DNA of 64,000 nt from NCBI GenBank assembly GCA_963850305.1, contig CAWKKR010000011.1, positions 1 to 64,000 on the forward strand. The letters run 5' to 3'. Origin of the DNA: an uncultured delta proteobacterium. GTDB taxonomy: Bacteria > Myxococcota_A > Polyangia > Polyangiales > Polyangiaceae. Both the position numbers and the translations under genes were made by a program. Shown piece after piece: positions 49,996 through 59,059 of the stretch; within the stretch, counting starts at the first letter, position 1; each line of letters opens with the position of its first letter. The notes below the pieces were generated by a model. The model worked only from the letters and a program-made list of their open reading frames with translations, ran no database searches and was not told the origin of the DNA.

Positions 49996-51717
49996 ATGCG
50001 CTACAGCCGAGCCCTCATCCCGACGCTGAAAGAAGCGCCGGCCGATGCCACGACGGCGAGCCACATTCTCCTCACGCGCGCCGGTTACATCCGCCGCGTC
50101 GGCGCCGGGATCTATAGTTTCTTGCCGCTCGGACTCCGGGTGCTCGGCCGCATCGAGAGCGTCGTTCGCCAGGAGATGGACGCCGCGGGCGCGCTGGAGG
50201 TCCTGCTGCCCGCGCTGCTACCAGCGGAATACTTTCGCGAATCGGGCCGCTGGGACCTGTTCGGCGACACCCTGTTTCGCCTGAAGGACCGGAAGGGCGG
50301 TGACTACCATCTCGGCCCGACCCACGAGGAGATCATCACCGATCTCGCGCGCCACGAGCTCAAGAGTTATCGCGATCTGCCGAAGAATCTCTACCAGATC
50401 AAATCGAAATTCCGCGACGAACCGCGGCCGCGGGGAGGCCTCCTCCGTTGCCGCGAGTTCTCGATGAAGGACGCATACTCCTTCGACACGAGCGAATCTT
50501 GCGCGCTCGAGAGCTACGAGTCCATGCGACGGGCGTACACGAACATCTTCGATCGCCTGAGTCTCGACTACCGAATGGTCTCCGCCGATTCGGGTTCGAT
50601 GGGCGGCTCGACGAGCGCGGAGTTTCAGGTGCTCGTGCAGAGCGGCGAAGACATCATCGCCGCGTGCAGCAAGTGCGATTACGCCGCAAACCTGGAGGTT
50701 GCGACGGCAGCCGCCGTGAAAGGTCGAGCGAAGGAGCTGGACGCCCCGGTGCTCGCCAAGGTCGCGACGCCGGGAAAGGGGTCGATCAAGGACGTAGCGG
50801 AATTCCTGCAGGCGTCTCAGGATCGATTCCTGAAGAGCCTCGTGTACGTCGCGGGCGAGCGCGTCGTGCTCGCGGTGGTCCGCGGTGACCATGAGCTCAA
50901 CGAGATGAAGTTCGCGCGCGCGCTGGGAGGAGTAGATGAAGTCCGTCTGGCAGATGCCGATACAGTGAAGCGCGCGACCGGCGCGAGCGTTGGCTTTGCC
51001 GGACCCGCCGGCTACAAGGGAGAGATCTTCATCGATCGCGCGGCGTCCGAGGTCGCGCTCGCGATCACGGGCGCGAACGAAACGGACCAGCATTTCACGA
51101 ACGTCGTGTTCGGACGGGATTTCGAGGCAAAAGTCGCGGACCTCCGCAGCGTCGTCGAGGGCGACGAGTGTCCCAGGTGCGGCGGCGCGCTCAAGCTCTT
51201 CCGTGGCATCGAAGCGGGACACATCTTCGTCCTGGGCACGCACTACAGCGCGAAGATGGGCGCGACTTTCCTGGACAAGGACGGCGAGCACAAGCCGATG
51301 GTCATGGGCTGTTACGGCATCGGCGTCTCGCGGCTCGTGGCTACGGCCGTCGAGCAGCACCACGACGAGAATGGAATCCTCTGGCCCGCAAGCATCGCGC
51401 CGTTCCCGGTGCACATCGTCCAGGTCGGAGCCGATCCCGCGGTGCAAGCCGCCGTCGACCGCCTGGACAAGGAGCTCCGCAGACTCGGCATCGAGTCGCT
51501 GATCGACGATCGGGACGAACGGCCCGGCGTGAAGTTCAAGGACGCGGATCTCATCGGCATTCCGCTGCGCGTCACGATCGGAGAGAAGGCGCTCAAATCG
51601 GGGGCGCTCGAGCTCAAGCCTCGCACCGAAAGGAATCCCAAGAACGTAGAGCTTTTGCCTGTCGATACCGCCGCGAGCATGATAGCGACCCGCCTTTCGA
51701 GCACCCTTTCGCCGTGA
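49996..51717 (+). CDS. proS: Proline--tRNA ligase (with INS editing domain)
   Basis: LGPTHEE, KFRDEPRPRGGLLR.REF.MKDAYSF, GIEAGHIF.LG, MGCYGIGVSR, DDRDERPGVKFKDADLIG. Confidence 0.98.
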   Translation: MRYSRALIPTLKEAPADATTASHILLTRAGYIRRVGAGIYSFLPLGLRVLGRIESVVRQEMDAAGALEVLLPALLPAEYFRESGRWDLFGDTLFRLKDRKGGDYHLGPTHEEIITDLARHELKSYRDLPKNLYQIKSKFRDEPRPRGGLLRCREFSMKDAYSFDTSESCALESYESMRRAYTNIFDRLSLDYRMVSADSGSMGGSTSAEFQVLVQSGEDIIAACSKCDYAANLEVATAAAVKGRAKELDAPVLAKVATPGKGSIKDVAEFLQASQDRFLKSLVYVAGERVVLAVVRGDHELNEMKFARALGGVDEVRLADADTVKRATGASVGFAGPAGYKGEIFIDRAASEVALAITGANETDQHFTNVVFGRDFEAKVADLRSVVEGDECPRCGGALKLFRGIEAGHIFVLGTHYSAKMGATFLDKDGEHKPMVMGCYGIGVSRLVATAVEQHHDENGILWPASIAPFPVHIVQVGADPAVQAAVDRLDKELRRLGIESLIDDRDERPGVKFKDADLIGIPLRVTIGEKALKSGALELKPRTERNPKNVELLPVDTAASMIATRLSSTLSP

Positions 51718-52916
51718 CCGACCCGAAACCGAAACGCCCCGCGAGTTCGACCGAGACCGTCCACGCCGGAGAGCCCCGGCAGAGGCCGTTCAACATGCTC
51801 GGGCCGGGCGTCGCTCAAACGGCAACGTACACGTTCGCCGATACCGCGGATCTCGAGCAGTACATGCGCGGCGAGGATCCGGACCCGGATCGCGAAGAGT
51901 ACGGAAGGTATGGAAACCCGACGGCACGAGAGGTCGAGTTGCGCATCGCGGCGCTGGAGACAGCCGAAGACGCGGTGGCGTTCTCGAGCGGAATGGCCGC
52001 CGTCACGACGACCATCTTGTCGCTCACGAGAGCGGGCGACCACGTCGTCCTCTTCAATGACTGTTATCGCCGCACGCGGCAGCTCGTCTCCAAGATCCTC
52101 GCCCGGTTCAACGTCGAACATACGCTCGTCCCGCCTGGCGACCTGGACGCGCTTTCTGGGGCACTCCGTCCGACCACACGATTGGTTGTCGGAGAATCGC
52201 CGACGAATCCCTATCTACATTGCGTGGACCTGGGCAAGCTCGCGGAGATCGTCAAGAACCACGGGCGTGTCCGCACGCTGGTGGATTCGACGTTCGCAAC
52301 TCCGGTCAACTCGCGCCCGCACGCGTACGGCATCGATCTCGTCGCCCACAGCGCCACGAAATACCTCTCCGGACACAACGACGTCCTGGGCGGCGTCGTC
52401 ACGGGACCTTCGCACCTGATTTCTCTGCTGAGGGACTCGCGTGGCGTGATGGGCTCGGTGCTGGATGCTCACGCGGCGTTTCTCATCGCCCGCGGGTTGA
52501 AGACGCTCGCCCTGCGAGTGGAGCGTCAGAATGCGACCGCGCTCGCCGTCGCCCGGGCGCTCGAGAAGCACCCGAAAGTGGCCCGCGTCTATTATCCGGG
52601 CCTCGAAGCTCATTCGTCGCACCGGGTGGCGGCGGCGCACATGCGCGGATTCGGCGGGGTGGTGAGCTTCGAAGTCAACGGAGGGCGCGAACAAGCGTCC
52701 AGCGTCGTGGACGCTTGCAGGCTCGCAACGATCGCCCCATCGCTCGGCGGGGTGGAAACGCTGATCGAACAGCCCGCTATCATGAGCTACTTCGAGCTCC
52801 CCCCCGATGAACTCGAGGCGGTTGGCATCAGTCCCGCGCTCATCCGGCTCAGCGTCGGCATCGAGGACACGGACGACGTCGTTCGGGACATCGTGACCGC
52901 GCTCGAGAAGGACTGA
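51714..52916 (+). CDS. metB: PLP-dependent transsulfuration enzyme (cystathionine gamma-synthase-like)
   Basis: EYGRYGNPT, FSSGMAA, ESPTNP, DSTFATP, HSATKYLSGHNDVLGG, SLGGVETL, RLSVGIED. Confidence 0.85.
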   Translation: MTDPKPKRPASSTETVHAGEPRQRPFNMLGPGVAQTATYTFADTADLEQYMRGEDPDPDREEYGRYGNPTAREVELRIAALETAEDAVAFSSGMAAVTTTILSLTRAGDHVVLFNDCYRRTRQLVSKILARFNVEHTLVPPGDLDALSGALRPTTRLVVGESPTNPYLHCVDLGKLAEIVKNHGRVRTLVDSTFATPVNSRPHAYGIDLVAHSATKYLSGHNDVLGGVVTGPSHLISLLRDSRGVMGSVLDAHAAFLIARGLKTLALRVERQNATALAVARALEKHPKVARVYYPGLEAHSSHRVAAAHMRGFGGVVSFEVNGGREQASSVVDACRLATIAPSLGGVETLIEQPAIMSYFELPPDELEAVGISPALIRLSVGIEDTDDVVRDIVTALEKD

Positions 52917-52952
52917 GCGCGCGAGTGACCCGCCCGGCTCTGCTGGCAGTCC

Positions 52953-54035
52953 CTAGGTTCCGGAGCGCGTCGTGCCCGCCGCGCGCGCGGTGATCGGCCG
53001 CGAATCCGCCTCGGTGATGGCATCGGTCTGCGGCACGATGGCCGAAGATGGACCGTCCGACGCAGCACCGGGTTGCGGTAGTTCCGAGTCCGCCGTGCGA
53101 TCGAGGTTGAACGACTCGCCGACGAGGTAGAGCGGGCGGCGCTTCACCTCGTCGTAAATCCGGCCGATATACTCTCCGAGAATTCCGGTCATGACGAGCT
53201 GTGCGCTCGCCGCGAAACACACGGCCACCATGATGGTCGTCCACCCGGGGACGGTGAAACCTCCTGACAGCTTCTCGAAGAGGGCCCAGCTCGCGGTACC
53301 GAACCCGATGAAGCCCGCAAGCGCTCCCAGGTAGGTCGCAAGCTTCAGAGGAACCGCGGAAAACGACGTGATGCCATCCGTCGCGAAATGAAGCATCTTT
53401 CGGAACGGGTAGTGAGTTTCACCGGCGAACCGCGCAGGTCGATCGTAGTAGACGGCCGTCTGACGGAACCCGACCCACGCGACCATGCCGCGCACGAACC
53501 GGTGAGTCTCGCGGAGCGACCGAAGCGCGATCACGACGCGGCGACTCATCAGCCGAAAATCGCCAGCGTCCACCGGAATCTGCACGCCCACCATCGAGCG
53601 CAGGAGTCGATAGAAGAGCGCCGCAGTACTCGTCTTGAACCAGCTCTCCTTTTCGCGACGAAGACGCACCCCGTACACGACGTCGAAGCCTTCCCGGTGC
53701 CGTGCGAGCATCTCGCCGACCACCTCGGGAGGATCCTGGAGGTCGGCGTCCATGATCACGACCGCAGCGCCCTCGGCGTGGTCGACGCCGGCGGTGATCG
53801 CGAGCTGATGGCCGAAGTTGCGGGACAGCGCCACGAGCTTGAACCGCGATTCCTTCTGACACATCGCCCAGAGAAGATTCCGGGATCGGTCCGCTGAACC
53901 GTCGTCGATGAAGACGACCTCCCACGTCGCATCGACCCCAGCCAGAAATACCCTCAAACGCTCCGCGAGTTCCGGGATTACGGCCTCCTCGTTGAACACG
54001 GGGATGACCAACGAGAGGTCGGGGCGATTCGTCAC
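52953..54035 (-). CDS. GT2 polyprenol-phosphate glycosyltransferase (GtrB/ArnC-like)
   Basis: VIPVFNEE, DDGS.D, LSRNFGHQ.A, MDADLQDPP, GDFRLM, two C-terminal TM helices, GEYIGRIY.EVKRRPLY. Confidence 0.92.
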   Translation of the reverse strand: MTNRPDLSLVIPVFNEEAVIPELAERLRVFLAGVDATWEVVFIDDGSADRSRNLLWAMCQKESRFKLVALSRNFGHQLAITAGVDHAEGAAVVIMDADLQDPPEVVGEMLARHREGFDVVYGVRLRREKESWFKTSTAALFYRLLRSMVGVQIPVDAGDFRLMSRRVVIALRSLRETHRFVRGMVAWVGFRQTAVYYDRPARFAGETHYPFRKMLHFATDGITSFSAVPLKLATYLGALAGFIGFGTASWALFEKLSGGFTVPGWTTIMVAVCFAASAQLVMTGILGEYIGRIYDEVKRRPLYLVGESFNLDRTADSELPQPGAASDGPSSAIVPQTDAITEADSRPITARAAGTTRSGT

Positions 54036-54100
54036 GGCGCAATTCGAGCCTAGCTTGCGGGGGAGTCGTCGCGCAAGTGACGGCGCGGTCCACGGGCCGC

Positions 54101-55495
54101 CTAGCCCATGTCGTCTCCGCATTGGCGCGGAGCGCGCGCGTCGAGCAAGACGAGAGCGGCGTCTGCCCGGTTGGCCAGCAGAGCGCGAGCTTCCGCGATC
54201 GAGGAGGCGGCACCGATGCGCTCGAGCATCCCGAACGCGCGCGTTCTTCGCGCAACGAGCTCCGTGAGACGATGGAGGGGGTTCGGCTCCGACACAATCC
54301 ACACATCCGCGGCGCGACGAAACACCGTTTCGTAGGACGACGAAGAGAAGCGGAGAGCGATGTGATCGAGCACGAGATGAGGAATTCCGGCGCCCCGCGC
54401 GCGGCGGAGAACGTGATTCACGAAACTCATGGCGAGACACTGGTTCGCAAATCGGAACGGATGCAGCCGGACGAATGCCCAGTGGAGCCTGGCCACCGAG
54501 CGAACCGCATTCGATGCATCTCCGCTCGAGGCGGCCCTGGACGCATCGACGAACTGCCGGCGGATGAATTCCACGTGGCGCCACTCGAGCGGCCGCGGCG
54601 GGCAGAACCACTCTGCCGACATGGCATCCGTGTCGGCCCGTGCCGTCACGACCCGACCCCACTCCACGTCTTCCGCGGGAGTCCTGGACGCGCCGGCGGC
54701 CGCGTGATCGCCGAGCGACTCCGCGAGCAGCACCTGATAGCGCTCGCCGCCGATGGCAGTTGCGTTCACGCGTGGCCCGGACACGAAGCGGACGTGCGTG
54801 GAGAGCTCTTCGGTGACGGCCGGCTCTATGAGGAGTCCGCCCGGGGCCGCGTCGCCCTTCAGCGCGATGGGACTCGCGGGCCGATAAAACGATGCATGGT
54901 TTTCGCCGCACAACGCCAGGACGTGCAGGTCCCGCAGCAAGCGCAAGAAGCCGCGCGCATCTTCGGGTTCCTTTGACGTCTCCAGGCGCGCGCGCAGCGC
55001 GCTCATATTTTCCCAGTACGGCCGCACGATTTCGTAAGGCGAACCTGGAAATCGTACCAGCTCTGTTCCCGAGACCTCGCGCTCTAGCGCCGCGACGGCC
55101 AGCGGCGCGAAGATGACCGTGCCGAAGCAATGTCTTACGAGCGACCTCCACGCGGCGGTCGAGACGCGGGATGCGACGCGCACGTCGCGGGCACTGCGCA
55201 CTCCGTCGATCGCCGCGAACACGGCACTCGCCTTGCGCGCATCGACCCCACACACTTCGAGCCGCGCGTTCGCCCGAACCGACGCGATATGCGTGCCGCA
55301 ACCGGCGGCGTCCACGACGGCGTCCGGGGGTGCGGCGAGCGTATCCGTCTCGCGGAGCTCGAACCGGACCACGGACTCCGAGTAATACGCGTCGAACGGC
55401 TCGGCGCGTTCCGAGTCGGCTCGAAGAAACGCTCGGTACGCCCGGATGGTCTCCGCGTTCGCGACGGGTGGGAGCTCCTCGATGACTCCACTCAC
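54101..55495 (-). CDS. Fic/Doc-like domain protein with a degenerate catalytic motif
   Basis: C-terminal ARLHWAFVRLHPFRFANQCLAMSFVNHVL, with the start overlapping the upstream stop. Confidence 0.7.
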   Translation of the reverse strand: MSGVIEELPPVANAETIRAYRAFLRADSERAEPFDAYYSESVVRFELRETDTLAAPPDAVVDAAGCGTHIASVRANARLEVCGVDARKASAVFAAIDGVRSARDVRVASRVSTAAWRSLVRHCFGTVIFAPLAVAALEREVSGTELVRFPGSPYEIVRPYWENMSALRARLETSKEPEDARGFLRLLRDLHVLALCGENHASFYRPASPIALKGDAAPGGLLIEPAVTEELSTHVRFVSGPRVNATAIGGERYQVLLAESLGDHAAAGASRTPAEDVEWGRVVTARADTDAMSAEWFCPPRPLEWRHVEFIRRQFVDASRAASSGDASNAVRSVARLHWAFVRLHPFRFANQCLAMSFVNHVLRRARGAGIPHLVLDHIALRFSSSSYETVFRRAADVWIVSEPNPLHRLTELVARRTRAFGMLERIGAASSIAEARALLANRADAALVLLDARAPRQCGDDMG

Positions 55496-56580
55496 GAGAA
55501 GATCTCCGCGAGCCCCGCTTCGCGGTTCTCGACCAGAGGGTAACGGCTGCCCCACTCTTCGAAACCGGGGGCGTCGACCTCGCCGAACCGCTCGACAATC
55601 GCTTCGATGTTCTTCGAGAGCAGCACGGACGACGGATCGAGACGACGGACGACGACGAGCCCCGACGGCGGAGTCGGCACGACGTGGATTCTGAGATCCT
55701 TCCTGTACTCGAGCAATATCTCGAGCACCTTCCACACGTCCCCGACCCAGAACGTCGACGCCCGCTCGCGGCGCGCCGCCAGGGCCGTTACCGCAAGACA
55801 GTCGTGGAGCAGGATCGTCCCGTCGCGGCTGGCCCAGCGTTCCGCGTTCACGAAGTCGCGCAGCGCGAACTCGAACCGATGTAACCCGTCGATGAACGTG
55901 AGATCCACGGTGCGACCGCCGAAGACGCCGGCGAGGGTCTCCGTGGCGAAGAAGGTGTCGCTCTCGGTCCGGTAGAGTCGCGCCTGCGGCGGCAGCGAGA
56001 TGGGGCGGCTCATGGGGTCGACCCCGATCGCCAACTTCGCCTCCGACGCCAGCGCCAGAGTGGCTCCACTATCGACGCCGATCTCCAGGTAAGTCTCCGG
56101 GCGCACGATCCGATGGACCGCCGCGAGAACCTCGCGGTAAGGCGGACCCGGGAGCAACACGTGCGACAGGAGCGCTTGGGCACCGGGAAAATCCGGGCAG
56201 CGCTCGATGACACTCAGCAAGCAACGCTTGCCGTCTTCGGTGCGCCCGAGCAAGACCAGCATGCGCGCCTTGAGCGCGAGTGCGAGCAGGTGCCCCGGCG
56301 AAGACGCGAGCACCGCGTCGACGAGTTCGAGGGCGCGACTTCGGTCGCCGATCGTGTATCGGGCAGTCGCTTCGGCCAGCTCGATCGCGGCATCGCGGTA
56401 CCCCAGCCGGCGCGCCAGCTCACACACGACGATGGCGGCCCTCGGGTTTCCGGCGCGCAGCCATTCTTCCGACGCCAGGACCAGATCCGACGCGCCAGCA
56501 CCCCACAGACTGCGGGCGAGTTCCTCGGGTGACGGGACGAAAACGTCGGATTCGGTCAAACGCGAGGAAGACGGTATCAT
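55492..56580 (-). CDS. TPR-containing class I SAM-dependent methyltransferase (Methyltransf_24-like)
   Basis: N-terminal TPR-like helices, YLEIGV..G.TL, GVDP, FIDGLH.FE..LRDF, LHD, GDVWK. Confidence 0.8.
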   Translation of the reverse strand: MIPSSSRLTESDVFVPSPEELARSLWGAGASDLVLASEEWLRAGNPRAAIVVCELARRLGYRDAAIELAEATARYTIGDRSRALELVDAVLASSPGHLLALALKARMLVLLGRTEDGKRCLLSVIERCPDFPGAQALLSHVLLPGPPYREVLAAVHRIVRPETYLEIGVDSGATLALASEAKLAIGVDPMSRPISLPPQARLYRTESDTFFATETLAGVFGGRTVDLTFIDGLHRFEFALRDFVNAERWASRDGTILLHDCLAVTALAARRERASTFWVGDVWKVLEILLEYRKDLRIHVVPTPPSGLVVVRRLDPSSVLLSKNIEAIVERFGEVDAPGFEEWGSRYPLVENREAGLAEIFS

Positions 56581-56595
56581 GCGGCGTGCAGCGCT

Positions 56596-57975
56596 TCACT
56601 CGAGGGGCGCGAGAAGGCGTGCGAGGGCCTCCGCGAACCGGCGCCAGCGCCCGGGCGCTCCAAGAGACGAACACCCCGCCAGTGTGGACTCGAACCAACG
56701 AGCCAGAGCCGTGACCTCTTCGGACGAAGAGTAGAAGAGGGCAAGCTCGTAGTCCAGAAACAGACTTCGCATATCCATGTTGGCGCTCCCGAGCACACCG
56801 AGCCCTCCATCGACGATGAAGACCTTGGCGTGCATCATCGTCGGATAGAGGTAGATGCGAGCTCCGGAATCGGCGAGTTCGCGCAGGCGGCTGCCTCCGG
56901 CCAGGTCCGCGGTGAGGTGGTTGGAGCGCGCCGGAACGAGCACCCGAACGTCGACACCCCGCCGAGCCGCCAGCACGACGGCGTGCGCGAGCCCGTCGTC
57001 GGGGACGAAATAGGGCGTCGCAATCCAGAGTCGCTCGCGCGCCGCGAACACTCCGCACAAGAACGCGTCGTAGATGAGATCGCTCTCGACATCGGGTCCG
57101 CTAGCCACCACCTGCACACGCGCCGCACCCGCGGGAGGGGCCGGCTCCGGCCGCGGCTCGGGCAAGGACTCGCCGGAAGCGAAGCGATAATCCGCCCGGA
57201 ACACGGTGGAGACGTCGCGCACCGCCGGACCGACGATGCGCGTGGAGAGATCTCGCCATCGACCCGCGATCGGCGTGGGGCCCATGTACTCGCGCGCGAG
57301 GTTCATCCCGCCGACAATCGCGACGGTGTCGTCTACCAGGATGGCCTTGCGATGTAACCTCAGGTTGGCGCGTCCGCGAAACGGGGGCCACACGGGCATG
57401 AACCACGAGACTCGCGCCCCGGCCTGCCGGAGAGCGGATATCTGTCCGCGCCCGGAGCGAAACTCGAACAGCGCATCGATGAGCACACGCACCTCGATTC
57501 CCTCGCGAGCTCGCGCGACGAGCGCGTCGGTGACGGCGCGGCCCACATCGTCGTTCGAAAGAATGAGCGTCGAGACGTGAATCGACCGCCGCGCCGCCCG
57601 AATTGCCGAGACGACGGCGAAAAACGCCGCCTCGCCGTCGAGCAATAACTCGGAGCTATTCTCGATTGTCGGCGCCGGGGCACCGAGCGCGCGCAGCACG
57701 CGGGTCACCGGGTCGCCCGTGGAGATCGCCGTCCAGGACGGCGAATAAAGGTTCCGCTTGGCACGCGCACGCGCCGAGAGCTTTCGGCGACCGAACACGA
57801 GATAGAGCGGGATGCCGACGTAGGGGATGAGGACGATCGCGAGAAGCCAGGCGAACGTGCTCCCCGTCGGACGTCGCTCCATCAGTACGCGAAGCACGAG
57901 CACGACGCCCATCAGCACCCCGACGATCACGAAGACGTGGGGGAGCAGAAAGCCAGGCATGGCCACGGAGGGCAT
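56596..57975 (-). CDS. cls: Cardiolipin synthase (PLD family)
   Basis: N-terminal TM hairpin (AWLLAI..IPYVG..LYLVFG), two HKD motifs (HRKAILVD, HAKVFIVD), GSANMDMRS. Confidence 0.9.
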   Translation of the reverse strand: MPSVAMPGFLLPHVFVIVGVLMGVVLVLRVLMERRPTGSTFAWLLAIVLIPYVGIPLYLVFGRRKLSARARAKRNLYSPSWTAISTGDPVTRVLRALGAPAPTIENSSELLLDGEAAFFAVVSAIRAARRSIHVSTLILSNDDVGRAVTDALVARAREGIEVRVLIDALFEFRSGRGQISALRQAGARVSWFMPVWPPFRGRANLRLHRKAILVDDTVAIVGGMNLAREYMGPTPIAGRWRDLSTRIVGPAVRDVSTVFRADYRFASGESLPEPRPEPAPPAGAARVQVVASGPDVESDLIYDAFLCGVFAARERLWIATPYFVPDDGLAHAVVLAARRGVDVRVLVPARSNHLTADLAGGSRLRELADSGARIYLYPTMMHAKVFIVDGGLGVLGSANMDMRSLFLDYELALFYSSSEEVTALARWFESTLAGCSSLGAPGRWRRFAEALARLLAPLE

Positions 57976-58043
57976 CGCGCTGGACCATAGCGCGCATGGA
58001 CCGCCGTCCGGTTCGGAGAAGGCAGCGTCTCATCGCCGACGGC

Positions 58044-58277
58044 TCAGCCGGTCGATGTCCAGCTCTCGAAAACGAGGAGCGGTAACAGCACGATGGCGAG
58101 GAGCGCGAGCGTCGGCAGCGTCCCGAACGTCTCGTGCCGCCAGAATCCCGCGATGACTCGCGCTAGGCTCGCGAACCACAGGAGCGCGTACACCGGCAGC
58201 AGGTCGCTCCGCTCGAAGGCACGATGCACGACAAGCGGAGACGCCTTCCCGCGGGTGATGTCGGATGGCCTTTCCAC
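58044..58277 (-). CDS. Small two-TM membrane protein
   Basis: Two hydrophobic stretches, co-oriented between the response regulator and cls. Confidence 0.5.
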   Translation of the reverse strand: MERPSDITRGKASPLVVHRAFERSDLLPVYALLWFASLARVIAGFWRHETFGTLPTLALLAIVLLPLLVFESWTSTG

Positions 58278-58333
58278 GCTGCGAACGTAAGAGCCACCGC
58301 ATCAGGGCGAGATAAAGACGTCGAGTTCCCCGA

Positions 58334-59059
58334 TCAGGATTTCATCAAGACCGACCCCCGCTCGGAGTCCGTCTTCAGCCGGTACCCGACGCCGGGCTCC
58401 GTGATGAGATATCTCGGTCGGGCCGGCTCCGTCTCCAGCTTGTGCCGGAGCTGCGCCATGTAGACGCGCAGGTACTGCGTCTGATCGAGCGACGTCGGGC
58501 CCCAAACCATCTGGAGCAGGTGGCGATGCGTCAGCACCCGGCCCGCGTGCTTCATGAGGACCGAAAACAGCTTGTACTCGATGGGCGTGAGGCGCACTTG
58601 TTCCCCTCTGACGAGCACCTGACGTCGAGACAGATCGATGAGGAGATCTCCAACCTCGACGACCGCCTCCGGTTCCTTGCCCACGCGCTCCGCATGGCGC
58701 AGGGCCACGCGAAGGCGCGCCAGGAGCTCGCCAGCGCCGAAAGGTTTCGTCAGGTAGTCGTCGGCGCCGCCGTCGAGTGCGTCGATCTTGTCGTGTTCCT
58801 GACCCCGCGCGGAAATGACGACGATGGGGACCATCGTCCATTCGCGAAGCGCCCGCGTGACCGACAGCCCATCCATGTCCGGCAAGCCGAGATCGAGCAG
58901 GACGAGGTCGGGGTTGTACGCGGTCGCCTGCGCGAGCGCCTCGCGCCCCGAGCTCGTCTCCACGAGCCGGTATCCGTTTGCCATGAGCGACGCGCGGAGA
59001 AACCGTCTCATCTGTGCCTCGTCCTCCACGAGGAGCACACGGGGACCCGCAGCCGTCAT
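58334..59059 (-). CDS. kdpE: KdpE-like response regulator
   Basis: VEDE, LDLGLPDMDG, GADDYLTKPF, VLTHRHLL..VWG, YLRVYMAQLRHKLE..PARP..LITEPGVGYR. Confidence 0.85.
   Translation of the reverse strand: MTAAGPRVLLVEDEAQMRRFLRASLMANGYRLVETSSGREALAQATAYNPDLVLLDLGLPDMDGLSVTRALREWTMVPIVVISARGQEHDKIDALDGGADDYLTKPFGAGELLARLRVALRHAERVGKEPEAVVEVGDLLIDLSRRQVLVRGEQVRLTPIEYKLFSVLMKHAGRVLTHRHLLQMVWGPTSLDQTQYLRVYMAQLRHKLETEPARPRYLITEPGVGYRLKTDSERGSVLMKS

Noticed and set aside
52953..55598. 881-aa extended glycosyltransferase
   Set aside because: The upstream 520 aa are an off-frame read of the Fic-like gene. GT2 motifs begin at ~54035.
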